Below are positions 17,234-24,175 of a DNA stretch of 34,893 nucleotides, piece after piece; within the stretch, counting starts at the first letter, position 1; every line of letters starts with the position of its first letter. The position numbers and the translations under genes were made by a program. Location of the stretch: the NCBI GenBank assembly GCA_011605715.1, contig JAAOZO010000171.1, positions 1-34,893 of the forward strand, written 5' to 3'. The notes beneath the pieces were generated by a model, which searched no databases, was not told the origin of the DNA, and was given only the letters and a program-made list of their open reading frames with translations. The stretch is from Nitrososphaerota archaeon. GTDB taxonomy: Archaea; Thermoproteota; EX4484-205; JAAOZO01.

Positions 17234-17668
17234 TTAAATAGTTTCTTCTTTTGTTGATTGTACCTCTTTTATGTATTCTTCGTATATTTTCTGGACTCTT
17301 TCAGCAGCCAGACCTTTACCCTCGATGACTCCTCTTTCATCAACTCTTATTTTATCGAGTACTATTATAACTCCCGCTTCCTCGTTATACTTGACCATGT
17401 TCGGAAAAACTCTTTCCAGTCGGTCTGCAAGTGCCTTTAAATTAATGACTGCCTTTGGAAGGTATAATGCCTTTATCAAATTTCCGTTCAAGACCATTCT
17501 ATAGTACTTTTGTCCTCCTTCTACTTCAACATCGCCAAGGATGAGTGTTAGGTTACTTGAGTCAAAATTTAGTAGAATTCCTCTATACCTTTTTCCGTCC
17601 GAAGTTTCAACGAGTACGTTCTTTCCAATAAAATTTCGTAACTCTGCTTCTATTTTAGCTCTTATCAT
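17234..17668 (-). CDS. Sm-like (LSm) protein with an approximately 70-aa C-terminal extension (SmAP3-like architecture)
   Basis: 144 aa. Sm1 GKNVLVETSDGKRYRGILLNFDSSNLTLILGDVEV and Sm2 YRMVLNGNLIKALYL, followed by an extra alpha/beta-looking tail. Confidence 0.8.
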   Translation of the reverse strand: MIRAKIEAELRNFIGKNVLVETSDGKRYRGILLNFDSSNLTLILGDVEVEGGQKYYRMVLNGNLIKALYLPKAVINLKALADRLERVFPNMVKYNEEAGVIIVLDKIRVDERGVIEGKGLAAERVQKIYEEYIKEVQSTKEETI

Positions 17669-18109
17669 CTTTCAACCTTAACTGCTGCATAAAGCCTTTT
17701 TATTGCTTTTCTTTAGTTAAAGAGCAGAACTCTTCTTCTTTTCTGTGTTTTTTTTCAAAAATCTACGTTTCATAGACAATTGGCTTAACAATGAAAAAGA
17801 TAATTGCAGCTTTTTTAATCCAAATATCTAGGTTCATCTTTATTATTTACGATTTATAAAGAGAAAATAATAAACTAATTTTAAAAATAAAGTATGAACT
17901 AGAGTAACGTTTTCTTGCTTTGCTATATTTCAACTCTCCAAAGTGTTACTTTACAAGAAAAGCAAGAATTTTTTGGTTGATGGCCACAAAGTGAGATCTT
18001 AGAGTTATAGCCCCGTTTTTAATCAAAGTTCCATTTTTCATTTTCACCTTTTGCACTAAGGTTAAAAAAGTCGCTTGCCTTATTTACTCTTCCTTTCTTT
18101 CCCCTTTTT

Positions 18110-18922
18110 ATGGAGAAATTAGAATGTCTAGAGAATGACAGCAGCAATACTTTCTATACCGAAGAGAAAGAATTAGATAATTCTGTTTTTTCTTTCAATG
18201 ACCTCTCTTCTCATCACCTTCTGTCCCAGTACGACGTAGATGAGAAAATACGCCAATACACCCGTTTATTACTTGAAAAATTAAACTTACCTTTATCTAT
18301 GGACCTTGCTATATTTAAAACGTATTTAGAAATAAAGAAGAGCTTGCCTAAGAATAATGTAAACTCAGTAGCCTTACTGGCCTCACTGGTCGTCTTATAT
18401 TCAAAGTTTTACAACTACCCAAAAAACATAAGTGAGGTGATGGAAATAGTTAAAGATTTTGACCCAAAAATTAAAAAAGGACGTATCCTCAAATATATGT
18501 ATCTTATAAAATCTATCAATAAATCGTTTAACAATTATGTATGTCCAGTCTCTTTTATTGATATGATAATGAACAGACTTGAAGATAGAGGACTGATTTT
18601 TGTTAACCCTATGTCAAAGAAATTTGATTACAAAAGATCATTAATCTTAATCTCAAGCTACCTATTAAGCAAGCTAAAAGATAAAAATATAAGTAGTAAT
18701 CCGAGAGGCATTGCTGCTTGTTCAATTTATACTTCTAACATATTGATTGCAAAATATAAGATTTTTAAATGTAAACGCCTAACTCAAAAACATTTAGCTA
18801 TTGCTTCTAATTTAGCTGAATACACAATAAGGGAGAACTACGAAAAACATTTTTCTATGTTTGTGAAGAATCCTCCAGAAGATTTACTATTACATCTTTC
18901 TCTCCTTCTGTCTCAGAACTAA
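18110..18922 (+). CDS. Divergent TFB (TFIIB) paralog: two cyclin-like repeats, no N-terminal zinc ribbon or B-reader
   Basis: 270 aa. The second repeat PRGIAACSIYTSNILIA....LTQKHLAIASNLAEYTIRENYEKH matches the TFB core signature (P.GiAAAaiY.A....TQ.e.a....VtE.TIRnRYkE). The first repeat has SVALLASLVVLYSKFYNYPKNISEVMEIV. There is no CxxC...CxxC. Confidence 0.75.
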   Translation: MEKLECLENDSSNTFYTEEKELDNSVFSFNDLSSHHLLSQYDVDEKIRQYTRLLLEKLNLPLSMDLAIFKTYLEIKKSLPKNNVNSVALLASLVVLYSKFYNYPKNISEVMEIVKDFDPKIKKGRILKYMYLIKSINKSFNNYVCPVSFIDMIMNRLEDRGLIFVNPMSKKFDYKRSLILISSYLLSKLKDKNISSNPRGIAACSIYTSNILIAKYKIFKCKRLTQKHLAIASNLAEYTIRENYEKHFSMFVKNPPEDLLLHLSLLLSQN

Positions 18923-19319
18923 TGTAGAAGTATTGCTCTACCACTGTGATATTTATTTTATACTTTACCTGCATCATATAAGTTTCGTTACTCACCTTTA
19001 TGCTATTTATGCTAAATACATAGGTCACTCGAGTATCGTTCTTTGAAAACTTGTTTGCTACCTTATTAAAGATATCACCTACTATAGCCTGTAACTCAGA
19101 AGATTTTATCGTCTTGTTTTCAATCGAACCTATTTCTTCTTTTATCTCCCTGTCTGCACTTTGTTCATTATTTGAAACTTCATTCGTTTTTTCATTGAAT
19201 TTCTTTATGATATCAATACTTTTAAAAATGTTAGTAGCTTCTTTTACTACAAGTAGCACGATTAAAGCGTACAAAAAAGTAAATACAGTTAATGCAGGTA
19301 CAATGCCTAAAGGCTTCAT
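18855..19319 (-). CDS. N-terminally anchored (pilin-like or signal-anchor) protein, last gene of the peptidase operon
   Basis: 154 aa. MKPLG-IVPALTVFTFLYALIVLLVV hydrophobic N-terminus, then a polar, beta-rich region. The 3' end overlaps the convergent TFB-like gene by 68 nt. Confidence 0.6.
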   Translation of the reverse strand: MKPLGIVPALTVFTFLYALIVLLVVKEATNIFKSIDIIKKFNEKTNEVSNNEQSADREIKEEIGSIENKTIKSSELQAIVGDIFNKVANKFSKNDTRVTYVFSINSIKVSNETYMMQVKYKINITVVEQYFYISSETEGEKDVIVNLLEDSSQT

Positions 19320-19331
19320 TTTGCTAAGTCT

Positions 19332-19427
19332 TCAAAGTAAGATATATCCTCTTACGATGTGTTCCAAGATGAATAAAGTCAGCCACATTATCAAAGTTGC
19401 CAAACTCACATCTATCTCTTCATACAT
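19332..19427 (-). CDS. 31-aa hydrophobic sORF, a truncated paralog of the N-terminus of the 113-aa protein
   Basis: Not in the supplied track. MYEEIDVSLATLIMWLTLFILEHIVRGYILL resembles MEEIEFIGSILAWFLLCTTIGVLEMKLV (19580-19921 product). It packs tightly between neighbours. Confidence 0.4.
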   Translation of the reverse strand: MYEEIDVSLATLIMWLTLFILEHIVRGYILL

Positions 19428-19443
19428 TTTCTCACCTACTTGT

Positions 19444-19596
19444 TCATATACCTACAACCCTCTTTATAAGCTCCCCTAAAATTCTGTTTACCTCATAGTT
19501 AACCATCATGAGTCCAACCAAGTAAAATGAAAGTATTAGAACTGAAAATCCAATTTCAAGAATTCCTAGCTTACCCTTTTTAAAACTTCCTATCAA
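19444..19596 (-). CDS. 50-aa Flp-like pilin candidate (TTG start)
   Basis: Not in the supplied track. With TTG 19596: MIGSFKKGKLGILEIGFSVLILSFYLVGLMMVNYEVNRILGELIKRVVGI. It has a basic N-terminus, an L-E-I-G-F motif and a hydrophobic helix. It overlaps the upstream gene's 3' end by 17 nt. The only in-frame ATG (19509) would remove the hydrophobic segment. Confidence 0.5.
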   Translation of the reverse strand: MIGSFKKGKLGILEIGFSVLILSFYLVGLMMVNYEVNRILGELIKRVVGI

Positions 19597-19921
19597 GGAT
19601 AACTCCCTGTTCACTTATAGACACATTTACACTTCTATCAAAGAGAACAGTAACATTTTCGTAAAAAGGAGCACTTATTTGAATAGCTGACTCATTTATT
19701 TTTTCTATTTTAATAACTTCTGACCCAATTTTTGGCAGATTTATCCTGAATTCTACTTTTTTGTTTGCTCTTGTGATATAATTGATTTTTTCAAATAAAA
19801 TCTTTATCGTCTCTACTTCCTTTTTTTCATATGTAGAAACTAATTTCATTTCAAGAACTCCAATGGTCGTGCACAACAAAAACCATGCTAAGATTGAGCC
19901 AATAAACTCAATCTCTTCCAT
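19580..19921 (-). CDS. Pilin-like protein: hydrophobic N-terminal helix plus a beta-rich domain
   Basis: 113 aa. MEEIEFIGSILAWFLLCTTIGVL, then alternating beta-type sequence (VEFRINLPKIGSEVIKIEKI...VTVLFDRSVNVSI). Confidence 0.6.
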   Translation of the reverse strand: MEEIEFIGSILAWFLLCTTIGVLEMKLVSTYEKKEVETIKILFEKINYITRANKKVEFRINLPKIGSEVIKIEKINESAIQISAPFYENVTVLFDRSVNVSISEQGVILDRKF

Positions 19922-19927
19922 TTTTCA

Positions 19928-20086
19928 CTACCTTCCTAAAATTAATTTGTTTAAACTTACTTTAGCAAAAAGTTCTCCAAGTATTTTAACGATTTGAGAA
20001 AAATTTTTTGCAAAGAAATAAAGTATTAATGCTGAAATTAATCCTTCAATCATCATCGTCATCATCTTCTCCAATATCCTGCTCAT
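19928..20086 (-). CDS. 52-aa Flp-like pilin candidate
   Basis: Not in the supplied track. MSRILEKMMTMMIEGLISALILYFFAKNFSQIVKILGELFAKVSLNKLILGR. It shares I-E-G-L plus a hydrophobic helix plus ILGEL with the 19444-19596 product. It lies 5 nt after the peptidase gene and 6 nt before the next gene. Confidence 0.55.
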   Translation of the reverse strand: MSRILEKMMTMMIEGLISALILYFFAKNFSQIVKILGELFAKVSLNKLILGR

Positions 20087-20091
20087 TTTTC

Positions 20092-20682
20092 CTACAAAAA
20101 CATAGTATGTGAAAGGCTAGTTATAAGCACCAATGTTCCAAATAATGGAATAAACGGCACGTCAGACTTTTTTGATTTAACTTTTGGGAAAATTAGTGTA
20201 AAACTCCAAGTAAACGGAAGGGCAAATGTAACAATTTTAACAAGCCTTTTACTACTAGTTTTATTCTGCAGTTTTCTTAGGAAATGGATTCTAAGCAAGA
20301 GCGTGTACGTGTTCACATAAATTGGTTCTATTAGGCTAGTATCAAATTGTAAGTTCGTGGGAAATAAGCCCAACATTAGTCTTACCTTAAAAATACCTAC
20401 GCTTACTGGTTGTATAATTGCTAATGAAAACATGAAATCTGCAAATCCAGAATATCCAAGTATAAATTGAATACCTGAAATCAATGCAACCTTTAAAATA
20501 GAAAGTAAGTAGTCGAAAGTATTCTCCAATAAAATGCCTTTTATGAGTACGAGTATCAGACTTAATATAAAAAATATCACTAAAAAAATTGCAGAAACTT
20601 CTCTGTCTCTTATGTCTTCGTAGCTCATTATTATCCAAAGCAGTACCCAAATGAAAAGTAGTCCTTTTTCCAGCAACAACAT
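20092..20682 (-). CDS. Peptidase A24-family prepilin/preflagellin peptidase-like membrane protein (PibD/FlaK/TadV type)
   Basis: 196 aa, polytopic. MSYEDIRDREVS fits the first catalytic-Asp motif (y.D...r.vp). LGYSGFADFMFSL is a plausible second G-x-x-D motif. Confidence 0.7.
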   Translation of the reverse strand: MLLLEKGLLFIWVLLWIIMSYEDIRDREVSAIFLVIFFILSLILVLIKGILLENTFDYLLSILKVALISGIQFILGYSGFADFMFSLAIIQPVSVGIFKVRLMLGLFPTNLQFDTSLIEPIYVNTYTLLLRIHFLRKLQNKTSSKRLVKIVTFALPFTWSFTLIFPKVKSKKSDVPFIPLFGTLVLITSLSHTMFL

Positions 20683-20750
20683 TTTTATCCTTTTTACAAG
20701 TTTTATTTGTCCTTATAAAGGCCCACAGAGAGCTTTAAATTAGAATAAAA
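20683..20750. promoter_or_regulatory. Compact divergent promoter region between the two pilus-like operons
   Basis: 68-nt AT-rich spacer with TATA-like elements facing both ways (ccTTATAAAgg, cTTTAAATTag) at a suitable distance from both start codons. Confidence 0.4.
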
Positions 20751-20906
20751 ATGAAGCATGAGGATGCTATAATAGATGCTATAATAGACGAGATTTCAAA
20801 TTTAAAGAATGAGTTATCCATAGTAAAAAGAAGGCTTGATCTGTTACAAGGTTACATAATGAAATCTAAAGAGACTTCTCTAAATTCAGAAGAAGCTAAA
20901 AAATGA
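20751..20906 (+). CDS. 51-aa coiled-coil protein translationally coupled to the secretion ATPase
   Basis: Not in the supplied track. MKHEDAIIDAIIDEISNLKNELSIVKRRLDLLQGYIMKSKETSLNSEEAKK. ATGA overlap with the next gene. Confidence 0.5.
   Translation: MKHEDAIIDAIIDEISNLKNELSIVKRRLDLLQGYIMKSKETSLNSEEAKK
20763..20788 (+). repeat. Perfect 12-nt tandem duplication (gatgctataata x2, plus ga) inside the small coiled-coil ORF
   Basis: Read directly from the sequence. It encodes DAII-DAII. Confidence 0.9.
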
Positions 20907-22618
20907 GAATCAAAGAAATAAGAAGGTTTAAGAACCATTTATTAATTACTGTGCATGATAACTTTAATGAAAGTCTCGTAGATGAAATTCTTAACTATGT
21001 GATCTTTTATATGCGTTTTTTCAGGAATATAAGTTCTGTTGATGTAAAGTTTAATAATTACGAAGAAACTATAGTTGACAAAGCAATTTTATCTAAATGT
21101 TTAAATAAGGCGCGTCAAATTTCAAAGCTTGTTAAGACAATAGCGTTAAGATATAGAAGCAAACTCGAAGGTATTGACCTAAGTTATTTGTCAGTCTATC
21201 CGAATTTCGGTGAGCTTTATAACTTAAATAAGAATCCTAAGCAAGAAGTTCTTCTTGCTAACTCAAATTTTAGTATGGATTATGCTTGCAATGAAACTAT
21301 TGAGATTCCGAGCAGATTATACCACTTAGACGCTGTTTTAAAAGGTGGTGTGTACCACATCAAGTATAAAGATATTTTTGTAAAGAATATTTTGCTTGAT
21401 ACTTCGTATTTTCTTAGATGGGTTGTTGATGATCGTCTTCTTGAACCAAATAAGTTTAGTGATTTCATCGAATATAGGTATAAGTTTGCCATAAGGTATC
21501 TAAACAAAACCATCCAAAATCTTTCTACTCAATTAATTAGAAGTATAGCGATTCATTCTGTTTTTGTTTCAATGGGTTTACCTTCCCTTTTTCCCCTCTT
21601 TTTAGATAAAAGTATCAACGAAATCTACCTTGATGACTTAGGAAAGACGGTATATGTTGAGCATGCTGATTATGGAAGGTTGCCTACTAATATCAAACCA
21701 AGGGATAAGGAAGTTAGAGCTCTTCTTTCAGCCCTAAGAAGGAACAGTGGCCAAGAGTTAAGTCTTTCAAATCCTTCTATTAAGGGTGATCTCTCGTTTT
21801 ATAATTCTATTTTAAGAGTTTCTTTCGATTCTTTTCCTCTAGTTAACAACTTCTCCTTTGACATAAGAAAGTTGAGCAAAGAGTCAAAAAACTTATCAAG
21901 TCTTGTTCAAAGTGGTACCCTAGATAAAGTAACGGCATCTTTCCTTGTGAATTTGTTGAGAATTCGTGCCAACATTTCTATAGTTGGAGAGCCTGGAAGT
22001 GGCAAAACGACGTTACTTGCTTCAATTTTGAATTTTGTCCCCAAAAACTGGAGAGTCATAATTTTAGAGGATGTTCCGGAGATTTCTTACTCTTTCTCTG
22101 GGTCAAATTTTTGTTTAAAGCTATTTACTGATCCTTTTGAGTCTAAGACTAAAGTAAGAAAAAAGTCAGAAGAAATAGTTAAGCTACTTCACAGGAATCC
22201 AACTTATGTAGTTCTTGGTGAGTTACAGTACGAAGACCACTTCAAGTCTCTTTTTTATGCTTTATCTTCAGGGTTAAGAGTTATTCATACTTCTCACGCG
22301 CCAAGTATCGCTGGATTCATTGATAGAGTGGTAAATGTTTACAAAATTTCTAGTTCTTTAGTCTCATACCTTGATGTTGTTTTAGAAATGAAGAAAATAG
22401 AAAATGACGGTAAGGTTATACGAAGATTAAATTCTATCGGTTTTGTGAATATTTCAAGTACAGATCCTTATGAACTAAAAGTTGTAAACTTAAATAACAA
22501 TAATTCAGATACTCTAGAAGGTATTTACCAGAATTGGATCAAAATGATATTAGTAAAGAGGAACGAAACTAACTACATTAATAATTTTTGTTTTTTGCAA
22601 AATAGTGAGCTATCTTGA
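20903..22618 (+). CDS. Type II/IV secretion-family ATPase (FlaI/TadA/PilB/VirB11-like) with a long divergent N-terminal region
   Basis: 571 aa. Walker A VGEPGSGKTTLL, Asp box VIILEDVPEI, Walker B PTYVVLGELQYED, His box RVIHTSHAPS. The first roughly 350 aa have no motif I recognise. Confidence 0.8.
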   Translation: MRIKEIRRFKNHLLITVHDNFNESLVDEILNYVIFYMRFFRNISSVDVKFNNYEETIVDKAILSKCLNKARQISKLVKTIALRYRSKLEGIDLSYLSVYPNFGELYNLNKNPKQEVLLANSNFSMDYACNETIEIPSRLYHLDAVLKGGVYHIKYKDIFVKNILLDTSYFLRWVVDDRLLEPNKFSDFIEYRYKFAIRYLNKTIQNLSTQLIRSIAIHSVFVSMGLPSLFPLFLDKSINEIYLDDLGKTVYVEHADYGRLPTNIKPRDKEVRALLSALRRNSGQELSLSNPSIKGDLSFYNSILRVSFDSFPLVNNFSFDIRKLSKESKNLSSLVQSGTLDKVTASFLVNLLRIRANISIVGEPGSGKTTLLASILNFVPKNWRVIILEDVPEISYSFSGSNFCLKLFTDPFESKTKVRKKSEEIVKLLHRNPTYVVLGELQYEDHFKSLFYALSSGLRVIHTSHAPSIAGFIDRVVNVYKISSSLVSYLDVVLEMKKIENDGKVIRRLNSIGFVNISSTDPYELKVVNLNNNNSDTLEGIYQNWIKMILVKRNETNYINNFCFLQNSELS

Positions 22619-23154
22619 AAATAAATAGGCTTATCAACTTAGTACAAGGCTATCTCAAACCTATCTTTGATAAACTGAGTAACAGAAGACTAGGTCTTTC
22701 AACTTTGCAACATACGTTGTATGTATCCTATAGAATAGTTGGCGAAAATGAAATTCATGCAGCTAGACATGTACTAAAGCTTAATGATGAAAGTGCTACA
22801 TATAAAAAATTTATTTATGCTATAGGCTCTGGGCTCGATGCTGATAAATACTTAACATTAGAGCTAAACAAAACAGAGCAATACCTAAAGTTTAAGTCGA
22901 GTATTTATCAAAGGATTTCTTTTATTGAGAGCTATAATAGAAATATGTACCTGAGAAGTGTAGATAGGCTTAAAGTACTTTTAACAATATTTACTTTTTT
23001 ATCATTTATCATACCGTTTGTATTTATTTTTCTCTCTTTCTTTCTCTTCAAGAATTATGTTGACTTTTTATCTTACTTTATCCTACTTTATCCAATTTTT
23101 CTTTCATTTTTTCTTAGGTTAGCAAGAGTTGAAGATAAATATGTCATCAAATAA
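22615..23154 (+). CDS. T2SSF/TadB-like platform protein, first half of a split FlaJ/TadC
   Basis: 179 aa. TTG start in a TTGA overlap with the ATPase stop. A roughly 120-aa helical soluble region followed by two strongly hydrophobic segments. Confidence 0.55.
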   Translation: MKINRLINLVQGYLKPIFDKLSNRRLGLSTLQHTLYVSYRIVGENEIHAARHVLKLNDESATYKKFIYAIGSGLDADKYLTLELNKTEQYLKFKSSIYQRISFIESYNRNMYLRSVDRLKVLLTIFTFLSFIIPFVFIFLSFFLFKNYVDFLSYFILLYPIFLSFFLRLARVEDKYVIK

Positions 23155-23929
23155 GATCTTCGCAACAGTTATTCTTCTGCTATCTTCTGTTGTTGCTCAA
23201 ACTTTACTCAGTGGAAAGAACTTTAACATAGTTATCATCTCTTTCTTTTCGCTCCTTATTTCTTTGTTGTTAAGAAACGAAAGTCCAAAAGTTAACGTTA
23301 AAGATAGAGAAAAACTCCTTGATTACTTTTCAAGCACAATATCTAGAAGTAAAGAAGGACTTTTCCAAGAGGCATCATTTTTTAAAGATTCAAAAAATCA
23401 AAGAATTAAATATCATAAAAAGCTTGTCTACTTGGTTTCGAATGGCTTTCCAATAGAAGATGCTCTTCTGAAGAGTATTTCAGAAAGTAAAGACCCAATT
23501 CTCGTATTCGTATCAGAGCAGTTGCGCTATGGAAGAATAAGCTCTAACGAAGTTGATAAAGTGATTGGGATGTGGCTTGATAACTTAGGCTACATTCATG
23601 AAACTAATAGGCTCTTGTCTGAGTTTGAAAATAGAGTAACACTCTTAAATTACATTCTGTTTGTCTCCTTTGGCTTTATATCAGCATCGCTTAGATCCTT
23701 TGGATCTCTCATAAAAAATTCTGTAAACTATTTATTCTTTAGCAACTTGAGTTATAATATCGATGCAATAACGCTATCTCTTCTCATGTTTTCTATTTCA
23801 ATATTTACTGTTTCTTCATCTTACTTTAATCTAAGTAATAAAACTATTAAGTTTGCTACTTCTTGTTTTTTGTTTTTAGTTTCCTACCTACTTTTTGGAA
23901 TAATCTTCTTTTATGCAGGCAATCTTTGA
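23141..23929 (+). CDS. T2SSF/TadC-like platform protein, second half
   Basis: The ORF opens at TTG 23129; ATG 23141 (MSSNKIF...) overlaps the upstream stop. N-terminal TM hairpin, a cytoplasmic helical domain (LVSNGFPIEDALLKSISESKDPILVFVSEQLRYG, GspF-like) and C-terminal TM segments. Confidence 0.6.
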   Translation: MSSNKIFATVILLLSSVVAQTLLSGKNFNIVIISFFSLLISLLLRNESPKVNVKDREKLLDYFSSTISRSKEGLFQEASFFKDSKNQRIKYHKKLVYLVSNGFPIEDALLKSISESKDPILVFVSEQLRYGRISSNEVDKVIGMWLDNLGYIHETNRLLSEFENRVTLLNYILFVSFGFISASLRSFGSLIKNSVNYLFFSNLSYNIDAITLSLLMFSISIFTVSSSYFNLSNKTIKFATSCFLFLVSYLLFGIIFFYAGNL

Positions 23930-23986
23930 AAATATTGGTGCTTAAATAGCTTTAGGCCTCATTATATTTTGGAGCTGATCGAAAGT

Positions 23987-24172
23987 ATGAAAAAGCTTAG
24001 AGCTTCTCAACTAATAGAAGAAGGTCTCCTAATAGTCCTCGCCTTAGTGATGATAGGTGCTGTCTTCGGAGTATACAAATCCATAATAGACGGGATCTCA
24101 AACTTCTTTAAAAACATAGTAGATAGCATAGGTAAGGTTGCGTACGAGCTGTTTGGTTGGGCGTATCCTTAA
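23987..24172 (+). CDS. Flp-like small pilin (class III-type signal peptide candidate)
   Basis: The ORF opens at TTG 23969; ATG 23987 gives MKKLRASQLIEEGLLIVLALVMIGAVFGVYKS.... The basic leader, then S-Q-L-I-E-E-G-L-L-I, resembles the bacterial Flp G/xTxIEYGLI processing motif. Confidence 0.65.
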   Translation: MKKLRASQLIEEGLLIVLALVMIGAVFGVYKSIIDGISNFFKNIVDSIGKVAYELFGWAYP

Positions 24173-24175
24173 AAA

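Noticed and set aside
13035-17504. ORFs 13035-13235 (-), 16026-16220 (+), 17258-17440 (+) and 17271-17504 (+)
   Set aside because: They overlap the tgtA start, rpl38e and the Sm-like gene on the opposite strand. They are shadow ORFs.
17917-17970. Inverted repeat TTCTTGCTTT ... AAAGCAAGAA upstream of the TFB-like gene, and the small palindrome TTCTTTC-aaa-GAAAGAA near 34180 upstream of tpiA
   Set aside because: Arms of 7-10 bp of low-complexity A/T-rich sequence are expected by chance in DNA this AT-rich. They are possible operators, but the sequence alone gives no supporting evidence.
20903-23929. Interpreting the ATPase plus platform genes as an archaellum (fla/arl) operon
   Set aside because: No archaellin genes and no ArlC/D/E, ArlF/G or ArlH homologs are recognisable. 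The platform is split, and the associated small proteins look Flp-like rather than archaellin-like.
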